This document shows, piece by piece, positions 9,199-19,995 of a DNA stretch of 64,000 nt. The stretch is taken from contig OY970194.1 of NCBI GenBank assembly GCA_963708075.1, positions 3,808,001 to 3,872,000 on the forward strand, read 5' to 3'. Under the pieces are notes generated by a model that worked only from the letters and a program-made list of their open reading frames with translations, was not told where the DNA came from and did no database searches. This DNA comes from Sedimentisphaerales bacterium. GTDB taxonomy: Bacteria > Planctomycetota > Phycisphaerae > Sedimentisphaerales > Anaerobacaceae. Positions within the stretch are counted from its first letter, which is position 1. Each line of letters begins with the position of its first letter. Position numbers and translations under genes: made by a program.

Positions 9199-12100
9199 AT
9201 GAGAACCCTGCCGATCTGCTTACTTGCATGTCTGTCGATCGCCCGGATAGCGGTGGGCGATTACGTCCTGTCCAGCGGCAGTAATGACTCGGGGACCAAT
9301 GGCGGCCAGTCCATCATCCGTTACACGGATGGCTTTCAGATCGTCTGGGAGAGGTCGCCGGCAATGGCCACGGCCGAGACCCAGGTATTTGCGCTGGAAA
9401 TCAGCCCCCTGAACGGCGATGTCTACACCAGCCAGATTGCCAGCCCGCAACTGAGCAAGCATCTCAGCTATGCGGACGGCGCATTCATCGGGCGTGCTGT
9501 CCCCGCCGGCGGCCAGGCGGACGGCACAGGTAAGTACACTGCGCCCGGCGAGGCTCTCCAGGACATTCAGTTCGGTTACGATTACAACAAGGACGGTGTC
9601 GCGGACCTGTGGGTCTGCAGGAGGGACACGTTCGAGGTGTACGACGGAGCCACATTGAACAGGACGGGCGACACCGGCATGGCCGACCTGCTGACCTCGC
9701 TCAAGATCGCCGACGGCGGCGGCAGTTCCGGCGTCCAGGACGGAACCGGCGGATTCGGCATCGCCTTTGGGCCGGATGTCTCAGGGGATGGTGTCGGCGA
9801 GTTGTTCGCGGCCGCCGGAGTCAATGCGTCCACCGGCTCGCGGATCAACGTGTGGAACCCGGCGACGATGACGAAGGTGGCCACCTACTCGGCGGACGGG
9901 ACGAAGGACAACTGCCTGATCATCCTCGGTCCCGATGTCAACGGCGACGCCCAGCAGGACTTGTGGGTGTCGGACCCGCGTAACCACCGCATTCGTGCGT
10001 ACAATTACGCGACCGGGGCAGTCGTTGCCGACAACATCGGCCTGGTGAGAGCCGATGCCCCCGCCACGGCCGTCACCCTGCGATTCCCGACGGACATTGA
10101 CTATGGCCCGGACGGCGATTTGCTGGTGACCACCCGGTTCGCCACGTCACTCGACCCGCAATGGACAGGGCCTTCCGATACCGCCGGCGGCAACCTGCTG
10201 CGGATCAAATGGGATGCCGCCTTACGAAAGGGGCTTGTGACGCTGCTGTTCGAGTACTCCAAGAGGCTGGACAGTGTCACGTACGTCGCCATCAAGCGGA
10301 TGAGCGCCGTCGATCCATACCCGGCCCCGGGGGCGACGGATGTGCCTCGCGATGCAATCCTCGGCTGGACACCGGCACAGACAGCCCAGAAGCATGACGT
10401 ATACTTCGGAACCAGCGCCGACGGCGTCGATGCCGCCACCCGGAGCAATCCGCTGGACGTGCTGGTCAGCCAGGGGCAGACCGCCGGCACGTTTGACCCG
10501 GGCGGGCTCGCATTCGGCCAGACCCACTATTGGCGAATCGACGAAGTCAATGGCGCTCCGGACAACACGATCTTTAAGGGCGACGTGTGGAGTTTTACTG
10601 TTGAACCCACGCTCTATCCGGTGGAAAACGTTGTTGCCACCGCCTCGATTCCCGGCGTGGAAGGGACAGTGCCACAGAATACTGCTGACCGTTCCGGGCT
10701 CAACACGAGCGATCAGCACTCGAACGCCGCCACGGATATGTGGCTTGGCGACAACACGGCGGGCGGATCCGTCTGGATTCAGTATGAGTTCGACGGGGCA
10801 TATAAGCTCTATGAGATGTGGGTGTGGAACTACAACACCGCCCTGGAGCCGTTGGTCCACTTCGGCATCAAGGAGGCCACGATCGAGTACTCAACGGACG
10901 GCATGAACTGGGCACAACTCGGTTCCACCCACGAGTTCGCCCAGGCGCCGGGAACAGCCGGCTATGTACACAATACGACCATCTCCTTCGATGGCGTCCT
11001 GGCCAGGTACATCCGGATCACCGTAAAGAGCAACTGGGGCACGTTGACCCAGTATGGCCTGAGCGAGGTCCGCTTCTATCACAAGCCCGTGCAGGCGCGG
11101 GAGCCAAGCCCGGCTAACGAGGCCGCCGGAGTGTCGCTGGAGGGCCTTGTGCTGAATTGGCGGCCGGGCAGAGAAGCAGCGTCCCACGCCGTGTATTTCA
11201 GCACTGACAGGCAAGCTGTGATCGATGGGACGGCCCCGGCCGGCACGACTGCTGAGCACAGTCTCGATCCCGGTCCTCTTGACTTCGGCGCGACGTACTT
11301 CTGGAGGGTCGATGAGGTGAACGAGGCCGGCAGCCCGGCGGCCTATCCGGGCGAGCCCTGGAGTTTCACGACGCAGGAGTACTCCGCCGTCGACGATTTT
11401 GAGAGCTACACGAACGACTCGCCGTATCGCGTCTTCCAGGCCTGGATTGACGGTTATGGCTTCTCGAAGGACGAGTTCTTCCCCGAAGATAACCCGGGCA
11501 ACGGCACAGGCGCCCTCGTCGGCTACGACCCAACCCTGGGCAATATCCTGGAAACCGCCATCGTCCACGGCGGCGGGAAGTCCATGCCGCTCGAATACAA
11601 CAACGTGAGCTCGCCCTACTACTCTGAGACGGAGCGGACCTGGGACACGCCCCAGGACTGGACGACCCACGGCGCCGATACCCTGGTCCTGCACGTCAGA
11701 GGCAACCCAGTGGACTTCCTCCAGCGAACGGACGGCAGCATCATCATGGGCGGAGGCGGCGCGGATATCTGGGCCGCCGCCGATCAATTCCGCTTCGCCT
11801 ACAAGCAACTCAACGGCGACGGCTCGATCACGGCCCGCGTGGACAGCCTCGTGCAGGCCGACCCCTGGACGAAAGTCGGTGTGATGGTCCGTGAGACGCT
11901 CGACTCTGGCTCCAGGCACGCGGCCGTGGTCGTGACGCCGGGCAACGGGATCTCCTTCGTGCGCCGCCCTACCGCCAATGCCGCCAGCGAGCAGGTGAAC
12001 CAGATTGCTCTCCAGGCGCCCTATTGGGTCCGTCTGACGCGTAAGGGCAACACGTTCACGGCGCAGCGCTCTGCCGACGGTATCACGTGGACGAGCGTCA

Positions 12101-12540
12101 CCACCGATCTCGCCTCGGTCCTGGACATCGCGATGACACCGGATGTCCTCGTCGGCCTGGCCGTGACCAGCCACAATACCGGCATGCAGACCAGCGCCGA
12201 GTTCTCCGGCGTCGCCACAACAGGCTCTGTCACGGGCCAGTGGCAGAACGCGGAGATCGGCGTGGCGCAGCCGAGCAACGACCCGGCGCCGCTGTACGTG
12301 GCGGTCGAGGACAAAGCCGGACACAAGAAGCTAATCGTGCATCCGAGCATCGAGGCTGTGACAACGGTCGGCTGGCAACAATGGCGCATTCCGCTTAGCG
12401 AATTCACCACCGCCGGAGTCAATCTGACGGTCGTCAAGAAAATGTACATCGGCACAGGCGACCGCACCGATCCGGCCCCAGGCGGCGCGGGCCTGATCTT
12501 CATCGACGATATCGGAGTAGGCAAACCCGGCGGCAATTGA
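9199..12540 (+). CDS. Large secreted modular protein: FG-GAP/propeller-like N-terminus, discoidin (F5/8), DUF1349-like jellyroll, CBM-like C-terminus
   Basis: Signal peptide; DxxGDG repeats; YWRIDEV/GDVWSFT modules; GLSEVRF; AADQFRFAYKQLNGDG; VDDFESY; RBS AAGGAG. Confidence 0.8.
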   Translation: MRTLPICLLACLSIARIAVGDYVLSSGSNDSGTNGGQSIIRYTDGFQIVWERSPAMATAETQVFALEISPLNGDVYTSQIASPQLSKHLSYADGAFIGRAVPAGGQADGTGKYTAPGEALQDIQFGYDYNKDGVADLWVCRRDTFEVYDGATLNRTGDTGMADLLTSLKIADGGGSSGVQDGTGGFGIAFGPDVSGDGVGELFAAAGVNASTGSRINVWNPATMTKVATYSADGTKDNCLIILGPDVNGDAQQDLWVSDPRNHRIRAYNYATGAVVADNIGLVRADAPATAVTLRFPTDIDYGPDGDLLVTTRFATSLDPQWTGPSDTAGGNLLRIKWDAALRKGLVTLLFEYSKRLDSVTYVAIKRMSAVDPYPAPGATDVPRDAILGWTPAQTAQKHDVYFGTSADGVDAATRSNPLDVLVSQGQTAGTFDPGGLAFGQTHYWRIDEVNGAPDNTIFKGDVWSFTVEPTLYPVENVVATASIPGVEGTVPQNTADRSGLNTSDQHSNAATDMWLGDNTAGGSVWIQYEFDGAYKLYEMWVWNYNTALEPLVHFGIKEATIEYSTDGMNWAQLGSTHEFAQAPGTAGYVHNTTISFDGVLARYIRITVKSNWGTLTQYGLSEVRFYHKPVQAREPSPANEAAGVSLEGLVLNWRPGREAASHAVYFSTDRQAVIDGTAPAGTTAEHSLDPGPLDFGATYFWRVDEVNEAGSPAAYPGEPWSFTTQEYSAVDDFESYTNDSPYRVFQAWIDGYGFSKDEFFPEDNPGNGTGALVGYDPTLGNILETAIVHGGGKSMPLEYNNVSSPYYSETERTWDTPQDWTTHGADTLVLHVRGNPVDFLQRTDGSIIMGGGGADIWAAADQFRFAYKQLNGDGSITARVDSLVQADPWTKVGVMVRETLDSGSRHAAVVVTPGNGISFVRRPTANAASEQVNQIALQAPYWVRLTRKGNTFTAQRSADGITWTSVTTDLASVLDIAMTPDVLVGLAVTSHNTGMQTSAEFSGVATTGSVTGQWQNAEIGVAQPSNDPAPLYVAVEDKAGHKKLIVHPSIEAVTTVGWQQWRIPLSEFTTAGVNLTVVKKMYIGTGDRTDPAPGGAGLIFIDDIGVGKPGGN

Positions 12541-12611
12541 TGATTGATGATTTCAGAGGGATGTCCGGACTTCCCTTTCAATAATCAATCATCAATTATC
12601 CATCATCAATT
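12535..12611. repeat. Inverted heptamer-repeat element, copy 2
   Basis: AATTGATGATTGATGATTTCA-spacer-CTTTCAATAATCAATCATCAATTATCCATCATCAATT; contains the stop codons of both convergent genes. Confidence 0.8.
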
Positions 12612-15600
12612 CGTACGTGGCCTCGGCCAGGGCGCTCCACCGGCCGCCATCCTGGACGCGCGCCTTGACCTGCGTGGTCGCAGTCAGGGGCATTGCGCCG
12701 GTGTATGGAACGGCGGTCGGTGAGATGCTTGGATCGCCTTTGGGTGCGCCCCTATCCGTGACAAGCTTTACGGAGAGGAGGAAGTCCGAGCTTGTCGGCG
12801 ATGCGTTGAGAGCGTGAATGGCGAGGAGATTGGGGCCCTGCCGCAGTAGACCCACGTGAGCGGTGACGGCGAAATCGGTGAAATTCACGGCCTCGTCGTC
12901 AGGATGGCTGTCGTTGGACGCGGAATTCCACTGGGGTGTTCCGGCAAACATGTCCCGGGCCACCTCCACGCCGTTGAGGTACGCGATAAAGCCGTCGTCG
13001 TACCGCACCTTGAGGGTGAGGGTGGTCAGGTTCTGCAGATCCCCCGCGGTGAGGTTGAAGGGGATGCGGACGTAGCAACTGGTATTCACGTTGTACATCT
13101 GCGAATTGACATTGATCCCGAAGAAGGGCGCGAAGCCCGAGCTTCTCTCGTATCCGACGCCGCCGGAGCCGCTGATCCAGAGGCCATCATCGTACGGCTG
13201 ATTTCTCCAACTCTGGCCGATATCGCTTCTCGGGATGAAGACGCGCTTCGCGGCGTCCTCCGGGACAAGGGCATCGGCATCGACCTGCCCGGAGCGTGTC
13301 CCAGGGACTCGCGGGTCGGCGCCATCAAGGGTGTAGTAAATCACGCCGCCTGCGTTTGGATTCGCCATGGTCAGCACATCCCCAAGCGAGACGTGCCCGC
13401 CATGTTGAGGCGTCTCGTTGATGTGGAACACCGGGGGCTCAATGGCCGGATAGAGGCCCTCCTTGCCCAACACGTTGACCAGGGCGTAGGAATTGGCCGG
13501 GTTGTGGATCGCGGGGATGTAATTGCTGATGACGTTGTCGCGCTCGACGACCCAGGAGTCCTCCCGTGTGAAATAGTAGTCGGGGCCGTGGGGCGCCGGA
13601 GGATACAGGATGTGATTGATGTCGGTGAGCGGATTGGGCTGCTGGATGTCGTTGCCGTAGGGCGTACTCATCTGCACGTCGCCCCAGCGGGCGGACTCGG
13701 CAACGATCGCCTTGTCGATCCGGCTCGCGATTCTGCGGTAGCGGTCCTGTGAGCCGGCGACACTGAGCGCGCCGCCGTTGAAGCAATGCTTGTAGAACCG
13801 GTCGGCGAAGAGCAGGCGGAACTCCTCGCTGGTGCGCATTTTCTGGAACAGTTCGCCGGCCCCGGCAGTGTTGTCGACGCGGGAGGTGGCCCGGCCGTGA
13901 TAGTCGAGGACGATCTCCTGGTCCCAGGCGAAGAACCGGAACTTGCCGTCGCCGCTGATGGCGTTGGCGGCGGCACAACCGTTGTGGTGGGGCCAGTCCT
14001 CGGCATCCGCATACAGGTGCAGGAGTATGTAGTCGGCAAAGTCCTCCACGTCGAGGTACTGCTGCATCTGCGTGTAGCCGGCGAAGGTGGAGAGGTCGAT
14101 GGCCATCATAGCACGCCACCGGGCGCCGGGAGCGGAGAAATCAGCATTCACCTCCCAGTCGTCGGGCTCACCACCGAGGTGGTCGGCGAAGAAGTCCTCG
14201 GCCAGACGCTCGCTCAGGTTGTAGAGGCCGAAGTAGAGGCCGTCGACGTAGAGGTGCACGAAGGACCCGCCGCTGGAAGGCTGACCCATGTCGCGCAGGC
14301 TTTCCTTGATCCAGGTGTCGCGGATGTACTGGGCATCGTTGGGACGGTAGCGACCGGGGTCCCAGGAGACGAGGGCCCAGGAGTCGCAGAAGCCGCCGCG
14401 CAGGACGAGCTGATTGAACGTGTCTACGCCGGAGTCAGGAAACAGCGGGTATTCCAGTTTCGCAGGGCCGTAGAGGCTGGTGAAGGTCAGGCGCATCGAG
14501 TGCTTTTGCATGCGCCAGGGACGACGGCTGGAGCCGCCATGTGCCTCGATCTTGCAGTCGCACTGAAAGCCCTCCGTGCCGTCCGGGAGGATGTATTCGA
14601 TGGAGCACTTGCGTTCCGCGCGGCCCAGCGGGTTGGCGTAGATCCCCGTGGCGTCGCTGATGAAATCATCCCGAAGCATGGAGATCGACACAGTGGGGAT
14701 GTCGAGGAGCGCATCGCGGATGGAGTACCCGGGCAGCGTGCTGTCGACCACCCGCGGGTCCATCCCGTAATCGGCGGGGACAATACCGCCGACCTCGGGG
14801 TCGAAGCCCCAATTGGTGGGCCAGCCGGGGACGTTGGCGGACTGACGGGCGATATCATCGACGAAGATATAAGTGTGCGTAGTCACGTCGGCCGGTATCC
14901 AGCCGGTCTTGAACGCTGCGGATCGCACGTGCGTGGTGGTTAAAATGGGGATGCGGGCGCCGGGATTGTAGACAGAGCCGCGCTGCTCCGTCGGCTCTGA
15001 ACCATCCAGGGTGTAGCGAATCACGGCATCCGGCGTGTCGCAGAAGACCTGAAGGTCGAATGCATCGTCGTAGAATCCCCGCTCGTGGCTGTGCCAGGTT
15101 TTGTCCATGAGAACCGGGGGAGCCTTGTCCATTGGCCCGCCCGGGAGTCGGCGGCGAAAAGTAGCACAACTCGCCGTTTCGGATCCCATAGGAGACATCG
15201 GTCCGCTGAGGAGGATACGAAGGACCATACTCATGCACGACTACACCGTCAGGACCTACCAGGGCCAGGTACTCTCCGTCTTTGTCCAGGGCAAAATTCG
15301 TGTGGAAGTAGCCCTTCTTGTCGACGTAGGAGTCTGTGGACTGCCCGGAGGCAAAGACCACCAGGTACGCGCCGGCACGCAACACGGCCTCCGGGGGGAA
15401 GGGCCATTTCTGCAGATTGCGCCGGTCATCCGTCAGGGACCAGCCGGCCAGGGGAACCGACGCGGCGCCGCTGTTGTACAGCTCGATCCAGTCGGGCGCA
15501 TTTCCATCGCCATCGATCAGGCTAGCCCGATTGGAGGCGACGAATTCGTTGATCGTCACGGGTATCGGCTGATTGGCCGCCCCCACAGAACCACCGGCAA

Positions 15601-15658
15601 CCAGAAGGAGCAACAAAGGCAACAGATTACACCGGATGATTCCCATTCTCATGTTCAC
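12592..15658 (-). CDS. Lamin tail domain + FN3-associated + CotH kinase family secreted protein, split by a frameshift near 15112
   Basis: VTINEFVASN...DWIELYN (lamin tail); IRYTLDGSEP; FVHLYVDGLYFGLYNLSER, DWPHHN, WDQE (CotH); joins into ~1021 aa. Confidence 0.85.
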
Positions 15659-15784
15659 TCAACAACCGCCGGTGCACAACCGTCCGTTGTTGTGCCGCAC
15701 AGACAATAACGGGGCTCATGTCATATGGACACAAGCCCCGTAGTGCATCTTTTCAGGTCGTGCATCCTCGCACGACAGGGTTGA

Positions 15785-18697
15785 TTACTTGTCGAATGGC
15801 TTGGCCAGCCCCGCAAGGTACGCGATCTCCGCTTGGGACAAGACGCGGTTGTAGAGATAAAGCTCATCGATCTCGCCGGGGAAGTAACGCGACAGGCTGT
15901 CGTGTTTCAGGACACCGATAGTCACCCTGGGCAGAGCCACGTCGAGCGCCGTCGCGCTGGCCGCGCTGCTCACCAGTATGCCGTTGACGTACAACATCGT
16001 TGTATCAGCGGTCTTGACGATGGCCACATGGTACCACATGCCGTCATCGTACTTGCCGGAGCTGCGGAGGTTGGTCTCTGTAGTGGCACCCGTGGGAGCC
16101 CGGTGCAGGAAGCGCAGCACACCGTTGGCCTCGATCTCCAGCAGAATACCGTGAAGGCCGCCATTGTCGTACACGGAGAGTATGTCCCTCTGGGCCGTAC
16201 CACCCTCCACGCGGAACCACACGGTGGCCGAGTACACCGGCAGGTTGAGGGAACCCTGCATCGTGACATGATCGGCTGCGCCGTTGAGCTTGATCGCCTG
16301 ACCGACCTTGCCGGCGACATACGTCGGTGCCCCGACGACCGTGCCGGGCAGTGTCCCTGTGCTGCTGTTCGTGTTGCCCTCGAAGGCATAGTAGGCCACG
16401 AGGTTCGCCGCATCGGGCTTGGCCGGCGTCACTGACTGCCGATCCAACGAGGACAATGCGATATCGTCGAAGAATACCGTGCCCTGTCCGCCCTCGAAGC
16501 CAATCGCCAGCTTGGTGACCTTCTTGAGGTCAATGCCGGTGAACTGGCTCACGGGAATGTACCAGAGATACCAGGGCTTACGAAGGAGGTTGTCGGCGTC
16601 GCCATCGTATACCACCTTGCGCCCGTTGACCTTCACGTACATCTGCGATGCGGTGTTGGTTGAATTGCCGCAGAACCAGAGCACGAGGGCCTTGATGCCG
16701 TGCCGGGTCCAGTCCTGGGGAGCATCGAAGGTCCGTTCCGCCTCGGATGTCGGCGCGACGGAGCTGTCGTAGACCATGGGCATGGACTGCGTGCCGCCAT
16801 GGACTATGCCGGTCTCCATGATATTGCCCGCAGCAGGATCGTAGCCGATGAGAGAGCCCGTGCCATTGCCCGGATTGCCCTTGGGGAAGAACTCATCTTC
16901 CGAGAAGCCCATGCCGTCGATCCAGTGCTGGAAGACCCGCTTGGGCGAATCATTCGTGTAACTCTCGAAATTGTCAACAACAAGGTACTGCTGGACGCTG
17001 AAGCTCCAGACATCGCCAGCCCAGACGGGCTGAGCCCCCTGATCGTTGACCTCGTCCACCTTCCAGTAGTAGGTCTTGCCCAATTCGAGAAGGCCGCCGG
17101 CGTCAAAGCTCGGCTCGGAAACAGTGCCGGCCGGTGGATCGGCCAGTCCATTGGCATCGGTGTTCAGGTACACTTTGTGTGCAGCCGCCTCACGGCCTGC
17201 ACGCCAACTCAGGGGCACTCGCGGGTCCACGCCCGTGGCGCCGGGAGCCGGCGTGGGCTGGCGGGTCGCGACGGGAACCACCATGAAGCGGACTTCGCTC
17301 AAGCCAGACTGTTTGAAAACGCCGCCGCCCCAGTTGCCGGCGATGTCGATCTTGACGTACTTGGCCGCCACGCCGTCAAAATCAACCGTCGTGTTCGCAA
17401 CATAGTCCGCAGTCCCCGAAGCCTGGGCCAGCTCACGAGGCGTATCCAGCGATGCCCAGTTGATCCCATCGCGTGAATAAGCCACAGTGACGCCTTTGGC
17501 GCCAAAGCCGACCACAGTCTCCATGCCGCTGTTATGGTTCCATACGAGCATCTGATGCAGCTCATAGAGTCTGTCGAACTCATACTGGATCCAGGCCGCG
17601 CCCGACTCCGTGGCGGTACTGAGCCACATCTGGGCCGTGTCCGTCGAGTGCTGATCGCTGGCATTCAGTCCGACGCCATCGATGGTCTTCTCGGGTCCCT
17701 CGCCGGCGCTGTTGGCGCCGGAAGCCGTGGCCGTGATATGGCTGACGGTCAGCAAGATGCTGACAGGTTCCACCGTGAAGTTCCAGATATCGCCCTTGGT
17801 GACCTTGCCATCAGAGGCGATCTCGTCCACGCGCCAATAATAGGTCTTCCCGAGTTCCAGGCGGCCGGGGTCGAAGCTGTTGGCATCCTGGCGACCCATG
17901 TAGACGACACTGCTGGTTGTCCCATCATCGATATCATCATGGTCCGTGCCCAGATAAAGGCCATGAGCCACGGCCTTATTGCTTGCCATCCAGGAGAGAA
18001 CCGTGCCGTCCCTGCGCACATCCGTCGCCTGATGGGTGGGAGCAGGCTTCAGGGCAGCGTCCGATTCAAGCAATGTCAGGTCGAACGCATTCATCAGGAA
18101 GATCGCATTGGCCGTGGGAGTAGTCGACGTCTGGTCAAACACCAGGGTGACAGCGTCCTTCCCATTGGCCGTGAACCGCGTAGTAAACTTCGTGACATCG
18201 GCAAGCTTGAAGTTCGTGCCGTTGGAGATATCGATGTTCGGGATCGTTGTCGAGCCCATCGCATCGGTGACCGTCACCTGGAAGATACCCGTCTGATCGT
18301 TGCGGTCGTGGTGGTAGGACACCCACTCGTACTGGCCCGTAGGCAGCCCGCTGATGGTCAGAGTCAACGGATCACCGGCCGACCGGGTATCGGTGCCGAT
18401 CCAGTCCCGCAGAAGAGCGGGAGCCTCAGGGACATCGGTAACACCGCGATCGATCATCCTTATGCAGGCCGCCACCACGTTCGAGGCCCATGTCGGCTGG
18501 ATGGTCACCGTGGTTCCGAAGACCTGGTAGCTCTGGGCCGTGAATGACGCCAGGTTCTTATCGGTCGCGAAGTACCCCTGGTATCCGGGCTCCACGGCGC
18601 CATTCGCCTGATTGAAATCGATCTTCAGTTGGGCCTGTGCCGCACCAAGCCCCATCAACAGACACAGGAATGTCGATACGATTTGCGTTCTCATCAT
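15785..18697 (-). CDS. Secreted discoidin + LamG-like jellyroll protein
   Basis: Signal peptide after RBS AAGGAG; YYWRVDE, GLSEVRF, VVDNFESY; C-terminal WYHVAIV...FPGEIDELYLYNRVLS LamG motif. Confidence 0.85.
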   Translation of the reverse strand: MMRTQIVSTFLCLLMGLGAAQAQLKIDFNQANGAVEPGYQGYFATDKNLASFTAQSYQVFGTTVTIQPTWASNVVAACIRMIDRGVTDVPEAPALLRDWIGTDTRSAGDPLTLTISGLPTGQYEWVSYHHDRNDQTGIFQVTVTDAMGSTTIPNIDISNGTNFKLADVTKFTTRFTANGKDAVTLVFDQTSTTPTANAIFLMNAFDLTLLESDAALKPAPTHQATDVRRDGTVLSWMASNKAVAHGLYLGTDHDDIDDGTTSSVVYMGRQDANSFDPGRLELGKTYYWRVDEIASDGKVTKGDIWNFTVEPVSILLTVSHITATASGANSAGEGPEKTIDGVGLNASDQHSTDTAQMWLSTATESGAAWIQYEFDRLYELHQMLVWNHNSGMETVVGFGAKGVTVAYSRDGINWASLDTPRELAQASGTADYVANTTVDFDGVAAKYVKIDIAGNWGGGVFKQSGLSEVRFMVVPVATRQPTPAPGATGVDPRVPLSWRAGREAAAHKVYLNTDANGLADPPAGTVSEPSFDAGGLLELGKTYYWKVDEVNDQGAQPVWAGDVWSFSVQQYLVVDNFESYTNDSPKRVFQHWIDGMGFSEDEFFPKGNPGNGTGSLIGYDPAAGNIMETGIVHGGTQSMPMVYDSSVAPTSEAERTFDAPQDWTRHGIKALVLWFCGNSTNTASQMYVKVNGRKVVYDGDADNLLRKPWYLWYIPVSQFTGIDLKKVTKLAIGFEGGQGTVFFDDIALSSLDRQSVTPAKPDAANLVAYYAFEGNTNSSTGTLPGTVVGAPTYVAGKVGQAIKLNGAADHVTMQGSLNLPVYSATVWFRVEGGTAQRDILSVYDNGGLHGILLEIEANGVLRFLHRAPTGATTETNLRSSGKYDDGMWYHVAIVKTADTTMLYVNGILVSSAASATALDVALPRVTIGVLKHDSLSRYFPGEIDELYLYNRVLSQAEIAYLAGLAKPFDK

Positions 18698-18915
18698 GCT
18701 CTCCTTACCCTTGGACATGGACCCTCGATCGCGTTGTTCACGATATGTCCCCCCTTCACAATCACCCTTTCACAGGCCTCACCACGAGCCACCCTGTATT
18801 ATCGTCCCCGGCACAGGCGAGAAAAATGCACTCCAGTGACATTTTGCTGCACCGCAGTGACCTCGGCCTCACGGCACAGGGACCCTCACCAACCTTAACT
18901 GAAGAGAAGTGCCTC

Positions 18916-19785
18916 CTACTCGGTTCTAAAGCGAAAGGCCCAGCCTTTGGCCATGTAGTCGATATCCGATGTCTCATCCACCGGGGGATACTCGACGCCG
19001 TACGTTGCCGTGCTCTGCTTGATCAGCTTGTCCACGCGTTCAATGGTGAATTTGTCCCGCCATTTGCGCATCTCTGCGTGTCCGTCGCAGAAGCCCAGGA
19101 CACTGCTGTCGCCGTGGTTGATCGCGATGGGCCCCCACCAGCCCCACGTGGCCAGTTTTGTCTGCTCGGGCGCTCCGATCACAAAGTGATGGCTTGCATT
19201 CCAGTTTCGTGTTTCCCCGGCTTCCACAAATACATAGCGGGTCGACGGGGCCGTGATCTCGCTGAACATCCTGATCTGCAGACTATATTGGGAGCTGTTT
19301 CTATCCGTGACCCAGTAGAGACATCTGGGAATCGAGTAGCTCACAAAAACCCGGGTCTTGTCATAGATGCTCCTGCGAACGTTATCGCCGGGACAATGGT
19401 AGGTCCGGGGCTCTTTGATATAGGGATACAGGAGCCCCTCCTGGATACCTCGGATTTCATCGTCATCCGTCACGGCCGGTGTTGTCTGTGTATTGTTCAT
19501 CGGACTGCCGTTCAAATCACGCGGCACCGCACACCAGCCGACGTACTTCGGCGTTCCATCGGGTCTTCGTTCCTCGCCCATGTCTTCGCAACTCATGATT
19601 CGACCGTCACAGTCGCCCATGTACATGTACCAGCCGAGGGCAAGGTTCTTGGTATTGCTCAGGCACACGGTGGTCCCGGCCTTCTTCTTGGCCAGGTTCA
19701 ATGCCGGCATGATAATAGCCATCAACAGCGCGATGATCGCGATCACCACCAGCAGCTCGATCAGCGTAAAGGCTCTCGTTTTCAT
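18916..19785 (-). CDS. Prepilin-type N-terminal cleavage/methylation protein with H-X9-DG C-terminus (DUF1559-like pseudopilin)
   Basis: AFTLIELLVVIAIIALLMAIIMPAL, CLSNTKNL, YHCP, HGDSSVLGFCDGH. Confidence 0.92.
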   Translation of the reverse strand: MKTRAFTLIELLVVIAIIALLMAIIMPALNLAKKKAGTTVCLSNTKNLALGWYMYMGDCDGRIMSCEDMGEERRPDGTPKYVGWCAVPRDLNGSPMNNTQTTPAVTDDDEIRGIQEGLLYPYIKEPRTYHCPGDNVRRSIYDKTRVFVSYSIPRCLYWVTDRNSSQYSLQIRMFSEITAPSTRYVFVEAGETRNWNASHHFVIGAPEQTKLATWGWWGPIAINHGDSSVLGFCDGHAEMRKWRDKFTIERVDKLIKQSTATYGVEYPPVDETSDIDYMAKGWAFRFRTE

Positions 19786-19802
19786 CTGCCAGCTCCATGC
19801 GG

Positions 19803-19890
19803 GATTTACGATTTACCATTTACGAATTGCAGTCGCCGCCGCGTGCGGGCGTGAGCCCAAATCGTAAATCATAAATGGCAAATCCTAAAT
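19803..19890. repeat. Inverted heptamer-repeat element (GATTTAC / GTAAATC type)
   Basis: GATTTACGATTTACCATTTACGAATT ... AAATCGTAAATCATAAATGGCAAATCCTAAAT. Confidence 0.8.
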
Positions 19891-19932
19891 GACACCCATT
19901 CTCTCTTGGCACGTATTCACCCACGTCGTATT

Positions 19933-19941
19933 ATTATACCA
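19933..19941 (-). promoter_or_regulatory. Putative extended -10 promoter for the pseudopilin gene
   Basis: TGGTATAAT on the minus strand in the divergent pseudopilin/AraC intergenic region. Confidence 0.5.
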
Positions 19942-19995
19942 GACTCGGGCCGGTAAAATGCAGGAAAATGGCAATTTGTTGCACTTTCGTGATGT

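Noticed and set aside
15709..15775. Two hairpins between the LamG and CotH genes as a riboswitch or sRNA
   Set aside because: No recognisable aptamer consensus; more likely ordinary mRNA stems.
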